DNA from: Candidatus Eiseniibacteriota bacterium
GTDB taxonomy: Bacteria > Orphanbacterota > Orphanbacteria > Orphanbacterales > Orphanbacteraceae
Reading direction: 5' to 3'
Assembly: GCA_043809585.1 (NCBI GenBank)
Contig: JBDROZ010000018.1
Coordinates: forward strand, 1-55,387
DNA: 55,387 bases
The stretch's first letter is position 1; every line of letters begins with the position of its first letter. Below, in pieces: positions 31,718-41,321 of the stretch. The notes below the pieces were generated by a model, which ran no database searches, was not told where the DNA came from, and saw only the letters and a program-made list of their open reading frames with translations. Made by a program: the position numbers and the translations under genes.

Positions 31718-34270
31718 TTGAGCGCTTGGAAAGACGTCATCTTCGATCTGCTTCCTCACGTCTCGAAGCCGAGCCGCTACCTTCCCCCCGTGAAAAACGG
31801 GCGGGGGGGGGCGCCGGCCGGCGCGGAGGTCCGGTGGGCCCTCCTCTTTCCCGACGTCGCCGAGTCCGGCTATTCTCATCACGGTCTCGAGATCCTCTAC
31901 CACCTCGTTCACGGCCTCGAGGGGGCGGCCGCGGAGCGGGCCTTCTTCCCCTGGACCGACATGGAAGAGCGCATGAGGGAGCGGGGCGTGCCCCTCTTCT
32001 CCTCCGAATCGTACCGGCCGCTCAGGGAGTTTGACCTCCTCGGAATCACGCTGCAATTCGAACTCTCCTGCACGAACGTGGTCGCCTCTCTCGATCTCGC
32101 CGGTCTCCCGCGCCGCGCCGCCGCGCGGAAAGACCCGTTCCCCCTCGTCGCCGGAGGGGGGCCGTGCGCCATGAACCCCGAACCCCTCGCCCCCTTCTTC
32201 GATCTCTTCCTGCTCGGCGACGGAGAGGAGGGGGTGATCGCCATCACCTCCGCCGTGGGCCTGTGGAAACGGGAGGGGGACGGCAAGAAGGAGAGCCTCC
32301 TCGCGGCGCTCGCCGGGGTGCCGGGCGTCTACGTCCCCTCCCTCTACAAGATGAAGTACGGGCCCGACGGAAGACTCGCCGGGGCCGAGGGCCCTCCGGT
32401 CCGGCGGCTCGCCCTGGCGGACGTGACCCGCTTCCCCGCGCCCGAGGCGCCCGTGGTCCCCGCGGTTCAGCCGATCCACGACCGGGTGTACGCGGAGATC
32501 GCTCGGGGATGCGGCGTCGGATGCCGATTCTGCCAGGCGGGGATGATCTACCGACCCCTTCGGGAGCGGCCGAAGGAGGAAGTGGTGGCCGCCGCGGCGG
32601 CGGCGGTTCGGAGCACGGGGCACGAAGACGTCTCCCTCGCCTCTCTCTCCACGGGGGACCACGCCGAGATCCTGCCGATGATGCGTCTCCTGAACGACGA
32701 GCTTAAAGGAGAACGGGTCGGCATCTCGCTCCCTTCGCTCCGGGCCTCGACGCTGACCGATCCGATGATCGCCGAGGTGGCGCGGCACCGGAAGACGGGG
32801 TTCACCATCGCCCCCGAGGCGGGCTCGGAGCGGATGCTCCGTCTCATCAACAAAGGGATCGCACGGGAAGACGTGATCCGCACGGCCGAGCGGGCGGCCG
32901 CTCGGGGGTGGGACATATTGAAGCTCTACTTCCTGATCGGTTTGCCGACGGAGGAGGACGAAGACCTCGAAGGGATCGCCTCGCTCTCCGAAGAGGTGTG
33001 GCGCGCCGGGAAGCGGGCGGGGAGGCGGGGGCTCCGGCTGAACGTCAGTGTGTCGAGCCTCGTGCCGAAGCCCCACACCCCGTTCCAGTGGGAGCGGCAG
33101 GACGGCATCGCGGAGATCGAGAGGAAGCAGCGGGTGATCCGGGAGCGGATGCCCCGCACCCGCGATATCGCCCTGAAGTGTCACAACCCGTACCAGACCC
33201 ACATCGAGGGGGTGCTCTCCCGGGGGGACCGGAAGGTGGCGGACGCGATCGAGGCGGCGGTCGATCTCGGCGCCCGCTTCGACGAGTGGAGCGAGATGTT
33301 CTCCCACGACCGCTGGATGCAGGCGTTCGAGCGTGCCGGGGTCGACCCGGAGGAGTATCTCAGGGAGCGCCACGACTACGAGGTTCTTCCCTGGGACCAC
33401 ATCGACAGCGGGATCGCGAAGCGGTTTCTGCTCCGGGAGCGGGGCCGGGCGCGTACGGGGCGATTCACCCCGTTCTGCCGGGAGGAGTGCCGCGTCTGCC
33501 GGACCTGCGGCGACGACCTCTTCGTGATCCGCGGGAAGGACGCCGGCGGGAACGGAGCCGGCGGCGGAGGGGAAGAGACCGCGGCGCCGGAGCCCGAGCC
33601 CCCCCGGGAGGCGAAGCTCCGGCTCCGGTTCCGCTACGCGAAGGAGGGGGACTTCCGCTTTCTCTCCCACCTGGAACTCGGGAGGCTCTTCCGCATGGCC
33701 CTCCGGCGCACGGGCCTCCCGATCGCCTACAGCCGCGGTTTCCACCCCCACGTTCGCGTCGCCTTCGGTCCGGCCCTTCCCGTCGGGTATGCCGGCGCCG
33801 AAGAACCGATCGAGTTCCTCTTCCACGCCCCGGTCCTGCCGGAGGAGGCGGAGCGCAGCCTGAACGAAGAGCTCCCGCCGCCGGTCCGCGTGTTCGGCGG
33901 GGAGGCGGTCCCCCTCCGCGGTACGGCCCTCGACGCCCTTCCGATGGAGATGGAGTACGAGGTGATCGCGCCGGAGGCGCTCGACTACGACCGGATCGCC
34001 GCGGAGGCGGAGCGTTTCGCCGACGCGACCGAAGTGTGGGGCGAGAAGACGTCGAAGAAGGGGAAGACCCGGCGCATCAACCTCCGGGAAGCGGTCGTCG
34101 ATCTCCGTGCGGACCGTGCGCACCGCCGGATCTCGATCACCATGGGGAGCGGCGGGCGCGTCACCGACGTGCTCCGCATTCTCGCGGGAGGCGGAGAGGA
34201 GGCGAGGAGCCTCCGGGTCCGGCGCGCACGAGCCGCGATCCTCGAGGAGGCGCCGGCCCAAAAGGATTGA
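31718..34270 (+). CDS. TIGR03960-type radical SAM fused to TIGR03936/DUF2344-type C-terminal domain
   Basis: KPSRY, RGCGVGCRFC, VPKPHTPFQW, GARFDEW, LPWDHID, RFLSHLE, YSRGFHPH, GPALPVG. Confidence 0.9.
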   Translation: MSAWKDVIFDLLPHVSKPSRYLPPVKNGRGGAPAGAEVRWALLFPDVAESGYSHHGLEILYHLVHGLEGAAAERAFFPWTDMEERMRERGVPLFSSESYRPLREFDLLGITLQFELSCTNVVASLDLAGLPRRAAARKDPFPLVAGGGPCAMNPEPLAPFFDLFLLGDGEEGVIAITSAVGLWKREGDGKKESLLAALAGVPGVYVPSLYKMKYGPDGRLAGAEGPPVRRLALADVTRFPAPEAPVVPAVQPIHDRVYAEIARGCGVGCRFCQAGMIYRPLRERPKEEVVAAAAAAVRSTGHEDVSLASLSTGDHAEILPMMRLLNDELKGERVGISLPSLRASTLTDPMIAEVARHRKTGFTIAPEAGSERMLRLINKGIAREDVIRTAERAAARGWDILKLYFLIGLPTEEDEDLEGIASLSEEVWRAGKRAGRRGLRLNVSVSSLVPKPHTPFQWERQDGIAEIERKQRVIRERMPRTRDIALKCHNPYQTHIEGVLSRGDRKVADAIEAAVDLGARFDEWSEMFSHDRWMQAFERAGVDPEEYLRERHDYEVLPWDHIDSGIAKRFLLRERGRARTGRFTPFCREECRVCRTCGDDLFVIRGKDAGGNGAGGGGEETAAPEPEPPREAKLRLRFRYAKEGDFRFLSHLELGRLFRMALRRTGLPIAYSRGFHPHVRVAFGPALPVGYAGAEEPIEFLFHAPVLPEEAERSLNEELPPPVRVFGGEAVPLRGTALDALPMEMEYEVIAPEALDYDRIAAEAERFADATEVWGEKTSKKGKTRRINLREAVVDLRADRAHRRISITMGSGGRVTDVLRILAGGGEEARSLRVRRARAAILEEAPAQKD

Positions 34271-34332
34271 TCCGGGAGCGGTTCTGGGGTAGTCTCGCGG
34301 TCGATAATTCCGCATGCCGAAGGAGTTTCCTC

Positions 34333-35058
34333 TTGATCGTCGCGTTCATCTCCGACATCCACGGCAACCTCGAGGCGCTCGAGACGGCGGTCCGCCACAT
34401 CGACACGGCCGGGGTGGACGAGGTCATCTGTCTCGGCGACGTGGTCGGTTACGGCGCGAGCCCGAACGAGTGCGTCGACCTGGTTCGCTCCCGGTGTTCC
34501 CACGCGCTTCTCGGCAATCACGACGCGGCCGCCGTCGGCATGACGTCGGTGGAGTACTTCAACGCCCACGCCCGGAAGGCGGCGAATTGGACGCGGGAGA
34601 AGCTGACCGACGAGAACACGGCGTACATCGAGTCCCTTCCCATGGACTACCGGGCGGACGACTTCTACGCCGTGCACGCCTCGCCCCACGAACTGGAGGA
34701 GTGGCACTACGTCACCAACCAGGGGGTGGCGGACGAGGCCTTCGCCCACTTCAACGACACGATCTGCTTCCTCGGCCACTCCCACGTGCCCGTCCTCTTC
34801 GAGGAGAACGGCGACCGGGGGGAACGGCTGAAGGAAGGCGTGATCGCGTTCGAGAAGGGACGGCGGTTCATCGTGAACGTCGGTTCCGTGGGGCAGCCGA
34901 GGGACAACGATCCGCGGCTCTCCTTCGGAATCTACGACACGGAGAAGCGGGAACTCACGCTCCGCCGGGAGGAGTACGACGTGGCGATGGCGTCGGACAA
35001 GATCCTGAAGGCCGGGCTGCCGGAGATGCTGGCCAGCCGCCTTCATATGGGTGTCTGA
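34333..35058 (+). CDS. Calcineurin-like metallophosphoesterase
   Basis: SDIHGN, LGDVVGYG, GNHD, GHSH, NVGSVGQPRD; TTG start with AGGAG RBS. Confidence 0.92.
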   Translation: MIVAFISDIHGNLEALETAVRHIDTAGVDEVICLGDVVGYGASPNECVDLVRSRCSHALLGNHDAAAVGMTSVEYFNAHARKAANWTREKLTDENTAYIESLPMDYRADDFYAVHASPHELEEWHYVTNQGVADEAFAHFNDTICFLGHSHVPVLFEENGDRGERLKEGVIAFEKGRRFIVNVGSVGQPRDNDPRLSFGIYDTEKRELTLRREEYDVAMASDKILKAGLPEMLASRLHMGV

Positions 35059-35181
35059 CCCGCCGCGCCTCTCCCGGCAGAGGAGCGACGGAACGAGAGA
35101 ATCGGTTTCAACGGACCTTGCGGTCCGGTCCCCGGCGTCCATCATCGACGACGAACCATGCGTAGGGAGAGGCGGGATCTC

Positions 35182-36333
35182 ATGGACCTGACCCAAGAAC
35201 AACTGTCGATCCAGAAGATGGTCCGGGACTTCGCCCGAAAGGAGATCGCGCCGCGCTCGGCGGAGTACGATCAAAAGGGCGAATTCCCTTACGACCTGAT
35301 TCGCAAGGCGGCCGACCTCGGGCTTCTCGGCGTCCCCTTCCCGGAGGAGTACGACGGAGCGGGACTGGACTACATGAGCTATGCCCTGGTGATCGAGGAG
35401 ATTTCCAAGGTGGACTCCTCCGTGGGGATCACGATCCTCACCCACACATCGAACAGCATGAACCCGATATGGGAGTTCGGCACGGAGGAGCAGAGGAAGA
35501 AGTACATCCCCCCCCTCGCCCGGGGGGAGAAGATCGCCGCCTACTGCCTGACCGAGCCGAACGCCGGCTCCGACGCCCGCGCCCTCGAGACGACGGCGAT
35601 TGAAGAGGGCGACCACTTCGTCATGAACGGATCGAAGGTCTTCATCACGAACGGATCCGTGGCGGAAACTTACGTGGTGGTGGCCCGCACCGATCCCGAG
35701 CTCGGCACGAAGGGGATCAGCATGTTCATCCTCGAGAAGGGGATGGAGGGTCTCCGCCCCGGCAAGAAAGAGGACAAGATGGGGTGGCGCGCCTCGGACA
35801 CGACCGAGGTGATCTTCGAGAACGTGAAGGTGCCGAAGGAGAACCTCTTGGGCGCGAGGGGCAGAGGCTTCTACCAGGCGATGAAGCAGCTCGCCGCGGG
35901 CCGTTTCTCCGTGGCCGCCCTCTCCCTCGGGATCGCCGAGGGAGCCTTCGAGGAGGCGCTCAAGTACTCGAAGCAGCGGGAGCAGTTCGGGAAGCCGATC
36001 TGCGAGTTCCAGGCGGTGCAGGCGAAACTGGCGGACATGGCGGTCGGTATCGCATGCGGGAAGCACCTGACCTACCGGGCGGCGAGGCTCCGGGACCGGG
36101 GGGAGGACGTCACCACCGCCGCCGCGATGGCGAAGCTCTACTGCAGCGAACTCGCCATGGAGAACACGACCGAAGCGGTGCAGATTCACGGCGCCTACGG
36201 CATCACGAAGGATTACCCCGTGGAGCGTTTCATGCGGGACGCGAAGGCGTGCACCATCGGCGAGGGAACGAGCGAGATCCAGCGCATCATCATCGCCAAG
36301 CAGATGGTGAAGGGCGCCTTCGACTGGACCTAA
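35182..36333 (+). CDS. Acyl-CoA dehydrogenase (short/branched-chain type)
   Basis: CLTEPNAGSD, NGSKVFITN, REQFGKPI, QIHGAYG, IGEGTSEIQR. Confidence 0.95.
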   Translation: MDLTQEQLSIQKMVRDFARKEIAPRSAEYDQKGEFPYDLIRKAADLGLLGVPFPEEYDGAGLDYMSYALVIEEISKVDSSVGITILTHTSNSMNPIWEFGTEEQRKKYIPPLARGEKIAAYCLTEPNAGSDARALETTAIEEGDHFVMNGSKVFITNGSVAETYVVVARTDPELGTKGISMFILEKGMEGLRPGKKEDKMGWRASDTTEVIFENVKVPKENLLGARGRGFYQAMKQLAAGRFSVAALSLGIAEGAFEEALKYSKQREQFGKPICEFQAVQAKLADMAVGIACGKHLTYRAARLRDRGEDVTTAAAMAKLYCSELAMENTTEAVQIHGAYGITKDYPVERFMRDAKACTIGEGTSEIQRIIIAKQMVKGAFDWT

Positions 36334-36335
36334 CC

Positions 36336-36517
36336 CGGCCCGCGGTTCGGAGTCGGTTCCTACTGCGTGTGAGAATCGCGGCCTGCGACTGTGTTTCTCC
36401 GTCGCCCGCATCCTCGACATAGCTAGGGCTATGCCTCCGGGTGCGGGCTCGTCCGAAACACGTCTCGGCGGCGCGATTCTGACCCTCGCTACGGAACCGA
36501 CTCCGAACCGCGGGCCG
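36336..36517 (-). mobile_element. Family F rod element, copy 2; truncated duplicate of one end at ~36586-36626
   Basis: Perfect 25-bp terminal IR cggcccgcggttcggagtcggttcc; nested stems; conserved loop motifs on the minus strand. Confidence 0.75.
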
Positions 36518-36707
36518 AAGGGCAGTCTCGTTACGAGCTCCTTCGTGATCCGTGAGCCACGCCCACGATCTCGAATCTTCGGGGCCTCGCTACGAATCCG
36601 GTTCCGAACCGCGGGCCGAAGGGCACCCGAATTTCTCAGGGTGCAGAAGAGGAGTCCGAGAAGAATGGTCACTTTGGAGTGAGTGGGGGACTGGTTCCGC
36701 CCGAGCC

Positions 36708-36805
36708 TCCGGAAATCCGGGGACATGATACTTATTACAGGCAACGGAAGAACAATCCCGGGAACCGAACACCGGTAATAAGTATCATGTCCCCGGATTT
36801 CCGGA
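36708..36805. repeat. Perfect 31-bp inverted repeat with 36-nt spacer (family E)
   Basis: tccggaaatccggggacatgatacttattac / gtaataagtatcatgtccccggatttccgga. Confidence 0.92.
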
Positions 36806-36869
36806 TTTCTCGAACCTGTCCCACCATACTGTTTGGCCTGCATTCCGTCTCTTTTCGAGCAAGTTCTGA

Positions 36870-37050
36870 TCAGCCAGGGTTCCGCGATCGGTTCGTCGCG
36901 AGGGGGCGGGATGTGGTGCGAGAGGACGTTCTGGACGAGTCCCCTCCCGGAGGCATGGCCGAAGCCATGTCGAGGAAGGGGACGACGGAAGAACCCCTCG
37001 TAGCCCGCAGACCGCCTCCGCAGCAGAACCGATCGCGGAATCCGGGCTAG
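36870..37050 (+). mobile_element. Family F rod element, copy 3
   Basis: IR ttccgcgatcggttc/gaaccgatcgcggaa; ends TCAG...CTAG; same loop motifs. Confidence 0.75.
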
Positions 37051-37051
37051 G

Positions 37052-37807
37052 CTACAGCATTCCTCTCGCCTTCATTCTCTCCAGTGTCATCGCCGCCCGT
37101 TCTTGGAGGAACGGACCCGGCTCGCCGGGGTTCATCTTCAGGGGGCTCGGAATCGCCGAGGCGAGGAGGGCGGCCTGGCGGGGGGTGAGGTCGCCCGCGC
37201 CGACGCCGAAATAGCGGTGGGAGGCCGCGTCGGCGCCGTAAACGCCGGGCCCCCACTCGATCACGTTCAAGTAGATCTCGAGAATCCGCTTCTTCGAGAG
37301 GTTTCGCTCGATCCGCCACGCCGTGAACGCCTCGAGGAACTTCCGCCGGAGACTCCTCTCGGCGCCGAAGTAGAGGTTCTTCGCGAGTTGCTGGGTGATG
37401 GTCGACGCCCCCCGGGCGTAGCGGCGCTCTTTCCAGTTCTTGTTGATCGATTCCCGGATTTCGTGAAAATCGAAGCCCGAGTGGGTCCAGAACGTGGCGT
37501 CCTCGCTGACGATCACGGCATTGACCAGGTGGGGGCTGATCCGTTCATAGGGGACCCACTGCTGCTCCTTCCGGAACGGCCTCCCCGACTCGATCGCCGC
37601 CTCGGACCGCTCCCTCTGGAGCGCGGTGAGGAGCGGGATCCCATCCCGGAGCCCCCGGACGTCCGGGCCGAAGAGGGTGACGTAGCCGATGGGGGAGAGG
37701 AAGGTCGCCGCCACGGCGAGGCCCACGGCGGCGAGAAAGACCCTTCGCCGGGACCGGCGCTCCTCGCCGCGGGCGCCCCGTTTCTTCCTCCTCTTCGGTC
37801 GGCTCAC
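37052..37807 (-). CDS. mtgA: Monofunctional peptidoglycan transglycosylase
   Basis: SEDATFWTHSGFD, RGASTITQQLAKNL, RKFLEA, KKRILEIYLNVIEWG. Confidence 0.94.
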   Translation of the reverse strand: MSRPKRRKKRGARGEERRSRRRVFLAAVGLAVAATFLSPIGYVTLFGPDVRGLRDGIPLLTALQRERSEAAIESGRPFRKEQQWVPYERISPHLVNAVIVSEDATFWTHSGFDFHEIRESINKNWKERRYARGASTITQQLAKNLYFGAERSLRRKFLEAFTAWRIERNLSKKRILEIYLNVIEWGPGVYGADAASHRYFGVGAGDLTPRQAALLASAIPSPLKMNPGEPGPFLQERAAMTLERMKARGML

Positions 37808-38439
37808 CGCCGTGCTCCTTCGAAAGCGGCGAGAATCCCGCGGGCTCCTTCTTCCGGGTCCTTCGCCGAAGCGATCGCCCTGATCGAGGCAACGCCGTCG
37901 AAACCGGCGGCGGCCGCCTCCCCGGCGTTCGACGAATCCACGCCCCCGACGGCGATGACGGGGATCGATAGCCCCTCCCGGATGGCGGCCGCCTTCGCGG
38001 GACCGAGAGCGCGGTGCTCCTTGCCCGGCGTCCGGAAGAGCGGTCCGAGCAGGAGGTAGTCCGCGCCGCCCCTCTCCGCCTCGATGGCCCCCTCGCGGTC
38101 GTGCACGCTCTTGCCCACGATCCGGCCGGGGGGGAGGAGGCCCCGTGCCTCTTCCGGCGAGAACGAGCGCTCCGGAAGGTGGACGCCGTCCGCGTCCGCC
38201 GCGATCGCCACGTCGATCCGGTCCGACACCAGCAGAAGGGCTCCCGCATGCCGGGTCCGCCTCCGCGCCTCCGCCGCCCACCGGAGGAGGGGCGCGCCGC
38301 CGAGGTCCTTCTCCCGGAGGAGGAATGCCGCGGCCCCCCCCCGGAGCGCGCCGTCCAGGGCGTCGAGGAACCGTTCCTCGCCGCTCACGGCGCGGCTTCC
38401 GATGAAGAGAAGGGGCAGGGGAAGTCGGATCTCGCTCAC
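37804..38439 (-). CDS. thiE: Thiamine-phosphate synthase/TenI family protein
   Basis: LREKD, DGVHL, KSVH, GADY, GPLFRTPGK, AVGGV; GTG start with GGAGG RBS. Confidence 0.78.
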   Translation of the reverse strand: MSEIRLPLPLLFIGSRAVSGEERFLDALDGALRGGAAAFLLREKDLGGAPLLRWAAEARRRTRHAGALLLVSDRIDVAIAADADGVHLPERSFSPEEARGLLPPGRIVGKSVHDREGAIEAERGGADYLLLGPLFRTPGKEHRALGPAKAAAIREGLSIPVIAVGGVDSSNAGEAAAAGFDGVASIRAIASAKDPEEGARGILAAFEGARR

Positions 38440-38535
38440 GTCGTCCTCCAGGCCGGGCGTCCCGATCATAGCGCCCGCCCCCGGGAAAAGACAAAGTCGA
38501 TTGCCATCGGCGCGGAGCCCGCTAGAATGGTCGGC

Positions 38536-38817
38536 ATGGAAGATCGCTGGTCCGTCTACATCGTCGAATGCGCCGACGCGACACTCTACACGGGCGTCGC
38601 CCGGTCGGTCCGGGCTCGTCTCATCGCCCACAACCGGGGCAAGGGGGCGCGGTACACGAAGGGCCGTCTCCCCGTGGAGCTGCGTTACCGGGAGGACGAC
38701 CTGACGCGCACCGAGGCCCAGCGCCGGGAGGCGGCGATCAAACGGCTCCCCCGAGGGGAGAAGCTCAGGCTCATCGGGCGCGCGGGGCGCGGGCGGCCGC
38801 CGTACTGTCTTGCCTAG
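38536..38817 (+). CDS. Small GIY-YIG nuclease (UPF0213/YhbQ-like)
   Basis: VYIVECAD.TLYTG, HNRGKGARYT, REAAIKRL. Confidence 0.92.
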   Translation: MEDRWSVYIVECADATLYTGVARSVRARLIAHNRGKGARYTKGRLPVELRYREDDLTRTEAQRREAAIKRLPRGEKLRLIGRAGRGRPPYCLA

Positions 38818-38879
38818 CCTTGATCTTTCATGCGAGCGTCAGCGTTTTGAGCCGAGATTTTATGAAGGATCAAGGCTAA
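38814..38879 (+). repeat. 66-bp hairpin bounded by CTAG/CTAA, supplying the GIY-YIG stop codon
   Basis: 17-bp stem tagccttgatctttcat/atgaaggatcaaggcta with one T.G pair. Confidence 0.75.
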
Positions 38880-38907
38880 CGTCACGGACTCGAAAAGGTT
38901 CCACCGT

Positions 38908-38937
38908 TTGACACCCCCCCGGACCGGTACCTATACT
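38908..38937 (+). promoter_or_regulatory. sigma70-type promoter of thiGHS
   Basis: TTGACA-18 bp-TATACT. Confidence 0.75.
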
Positions 38938-39017
38938 CGGAAGAGGAGACCGGTCGATCGGCGGCACCCTCTCCCCCTCCCCGTGGGCACGGAATCGTAC
39001 ATGGAAAGGAATCGCAC

Positions 39018-39803
39018 GTGACCGAACGGCACGATCCTCTCGTGATCGCGGGCCGGGAGTTCCGTTCCCGGCTCCTCATCGGCACCGGGAAGTTCGCTTC
39101 CCTCGAGATCATGGCGGCGGCGATCCTCGCGGGCGGTTCGGAGATCGTGACCGTCTCTCTCCGGCGGGCGGAGAAGGGGGCGAAGACCGGGAACATCATG
39201 GATCATCTCGACCCGGACCGGTACCTGATCCTCCCGAACACTTCCGGCGCCCGGGACGCGGAGGAGGCGGTTCGTCTCGCCCGGCTTGCGAGGGCCGGGG
39301 GCATCTCGGACTGGATCAAGCTCGAGGTGACACCCCATCCGATGCATCTTCTTCCCGATCCGGTGGAGACCCTGAAAGCGGCGGTGATCCTCGTGAAGGA
39401 GGGTTTCCGCGTGCTCCCCTACATCAACGCCGATCCGGTGCTCGCCCGGCGTCTCGCGGAAGCGGGGACGGTGACGGTCATGCCCCTCGGCGCTCCGATC
39501 GGAACGAACCGGGGACTGAGAACCGCCGACGCCCTCCGCCTCATCATCGACGAAGCGACGGTGCCGGTGGTGGTCGACGCGGGGCTCGGCGCCCCGTCCC
39601 ACGCGGCGGAGGCCCTCGAGATGGGCGCCGACGCGGTGCTCGTGAACACGGCGATCGCCACCGCCGAGGACCCGGCGGCGATGGCGGACGCCTTCCGGCT
39701 CGGCGTCCTGGCGGGCCGTCTCGCCTTTCTCGCCGGCGCCCCCGCTGCGCGGACGGAGGCGGATGCTTCCTCGCCCCTCACGGGATTTCTGGGAGAGTCA
39801 TGA
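39018..39803 (+). CDS. thiG: Thiazole synthase
   Basis: [43 protein letters not shown]. Confidence 0.97.
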   Translation: MTERHDPLVIAGREFRSRLLIGTGKFASLEIMAAAILAGGSEIVTVSLRRAEKGAKTGNIMDHLDPDRYLILPNTSGARDAEEAVRLARLARAGGISDWIKLEVTPHPMHLLPDPVETLKAAVILVKEGFRVLPYINADPVLARRLAEAGTVTVMPLGAPIGTNRGLRTADALRLIIDEATVPVVVDAGLGAPSHAAEALEMGADAVLVNTAIATAEDPAAMADAFRLGVLAGRLAFLAGAPAARTEADASSPLTGFLGES

Positions 39804-40915
39804 GCGACCTCGTCTCCGTGATCGACCGGTTGCCGGTGAAAGACCTCCTCACCCGGGGGGACCGGGCGACGGCGGCCGACGTGCGGGCCGTCTTGAGGAA
39901 GGATCACCGGGAGATCCGGGACCTGGCGGTGCTGCTCTCTCCCGCGGGGGACCGCCTTCTCGAGGAGATCGCCCGGGCTTCGTCCCTGCTGACGGCCAAG
40001 CGATTCGGGCGAACCATCCTTCTCTACGCGCCCCTCTATCTCTCGAACGAGTGTGTCAACGTCTGCACCTACTGCGGATTCCGCCGGGACCTCGATGTGA
40101 GGCGGACCACCCTCGGCGCGGAGGAGATCGACCGGGAACTCCGCTTCCTCGCGGGGGAGGGATTCCGGCACGTCCTGCTCGTGACGGGGGAGCACCCGAA
40201 GGAGATCCCCCTCTCCTATGTGGAGGGGGCCGTGCGGGCGGCGCGGAAGTACTTCCCGTCCGTCTCGGTGGAGATCGATCCGCTCCACACGGTCCAGTAC
40301 CGGCGTCTCGTGGATGCGGGGGTGGACGGCGTGACGCTTTACCAGGAGACGTACGACCGGAAGCGGTACGGCGAGTATCACATCGCGGGGCCGAAGAAGA
40401 TCTACGACTTTCGTCTCGAAGCCCTCTCCCACGCGGCGGAGGCGGGGGTGCGGCGGGTGAATCTCGGCGCCCTCCTCGGGTTGGCCGATTGGCGGGAGGA
40501 GGCGCTCCGGGCGACGGCGCACGCACGGTGGCTGATAAGGCAGTTCTGGAAGGCCCACGTCTCGATCAGCTTCCCGCGGATTCGGGACGCGGCGGCCCAC
40601 TTCGTCCCTCCATTCCCGGTTTCCGACCGGGAGCTGACGCGGATGCTGACGGCCCTCCGTCTCGTCCTGCCCGACGCCGGGATGGTCATGTCGACCCGGG
40701 AGTGCGCGAAGCTCCGGGACGGTCTCGCCCGGCTCGGCGTGACGCAGATGAGCGCGGGCTCCCGCACCGAACCGGGCGGCTATCACGATCCGGACGACGC
40801 GGAGAAGCAGTTCGAGGTGGAGGACTCGCGCTCACCGGCGGAGGTGGCGGCGCGGCTCGTGGAGCTCGGTCTCGATCCGGTCTGGAAGGACTGGGAGGAG
40901 GCGCTTCATGGGTGA
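39800..40915 (+). CDS. thiH: 2-iminoacetate synthase (tyrosine lyase)
   Basis: [49 protein letters not shown]. Confidence 0.96.
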   Translation: MSDLVSVIDRLPVKDLLTRGDRATAADVRAVLRKDHREIRDLAVLLSPAGDRLLEEIARASSLLTAKRFGRTILLYAPLYLSNECVNVCTYCGFRRDLDVRRTTLGAEEIDRELRFLAGEGFRHVLLVTGEHPKEIPLSYVEGAVRAARKYFPSVSVEIDPLHTVQYRRLVDAGVDGVTLYQETYDRKRYGEYHIAGPKKIYDFRLEALSHAAEAGVRRVNLGALLGLADWREEALRATAHARWLIRQFWKAHVSISFPRIRDAAAHFVPPFPVSDRELTRMLTALRLVLPDAGMVMSTRECAKLRDGLARLGVTQMSAGSRTEPGGYHDPDDAEKQFEVEDSRSPAEVAARLVELGLDPVWKDWEEALHG

Positions 40916-41111
40916 GATCGTCGTGAACGGAGAGGCGCGCGAACTCGACGGACCGGCGCCGCTGCTGGAGGTCCTCCAGTTTCTCGGCTTTCCGACGAAG
41001 TGGATCGTGGTCGAGAGGAACGGGGAGCCGGTGCCGCGGGAAGCGCTCGGCGATACGACGGTCGGGCCGGGGGACCGGCTGGAAATCGCCACCCCGATGG
41101 CCGGGGGGTGA
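40908..41111 (+). CDS. thiS: Sulfur carrier protein
   Basis: IVVNGE, VERNG, GDRLEI, C-terminal GG. Confidence 0.95.
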   Translation: MGEIVVNGEARELDGPAPLLEVLQFLGFPTKWIVVERNGEPVPREALGDTTVGPGDRLEIATPMAGG

Positions 41112-41142
41112 GGGCCCGGGAGTCCTCGCTGATCATTCAATT

Positions 41143-41320
41143 CCACGGGTGGGTGGCTGCGGCAGGGGCGTCAGGCGAGGAGCGCAGCCACCAAGCGCCG
41201 GATCCCGAAAGCCATTACATCATAGAGGCCGAAAGGTGCGGGGCACCCGAGGCGGACCGACGAAGCCACGGCGCGACTGGCGAGCACTGCAGCGGACAGC
41301 CGCAGACAGGACCCACCCGT
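41143..41320 (+). repeat. Family D rod element, copy 2
   Basis: Perfect acgggtgggt/acccacccgt ends; homologous to 751-929. Confidence 0.85.
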
Positions 41321-41321
41321 A

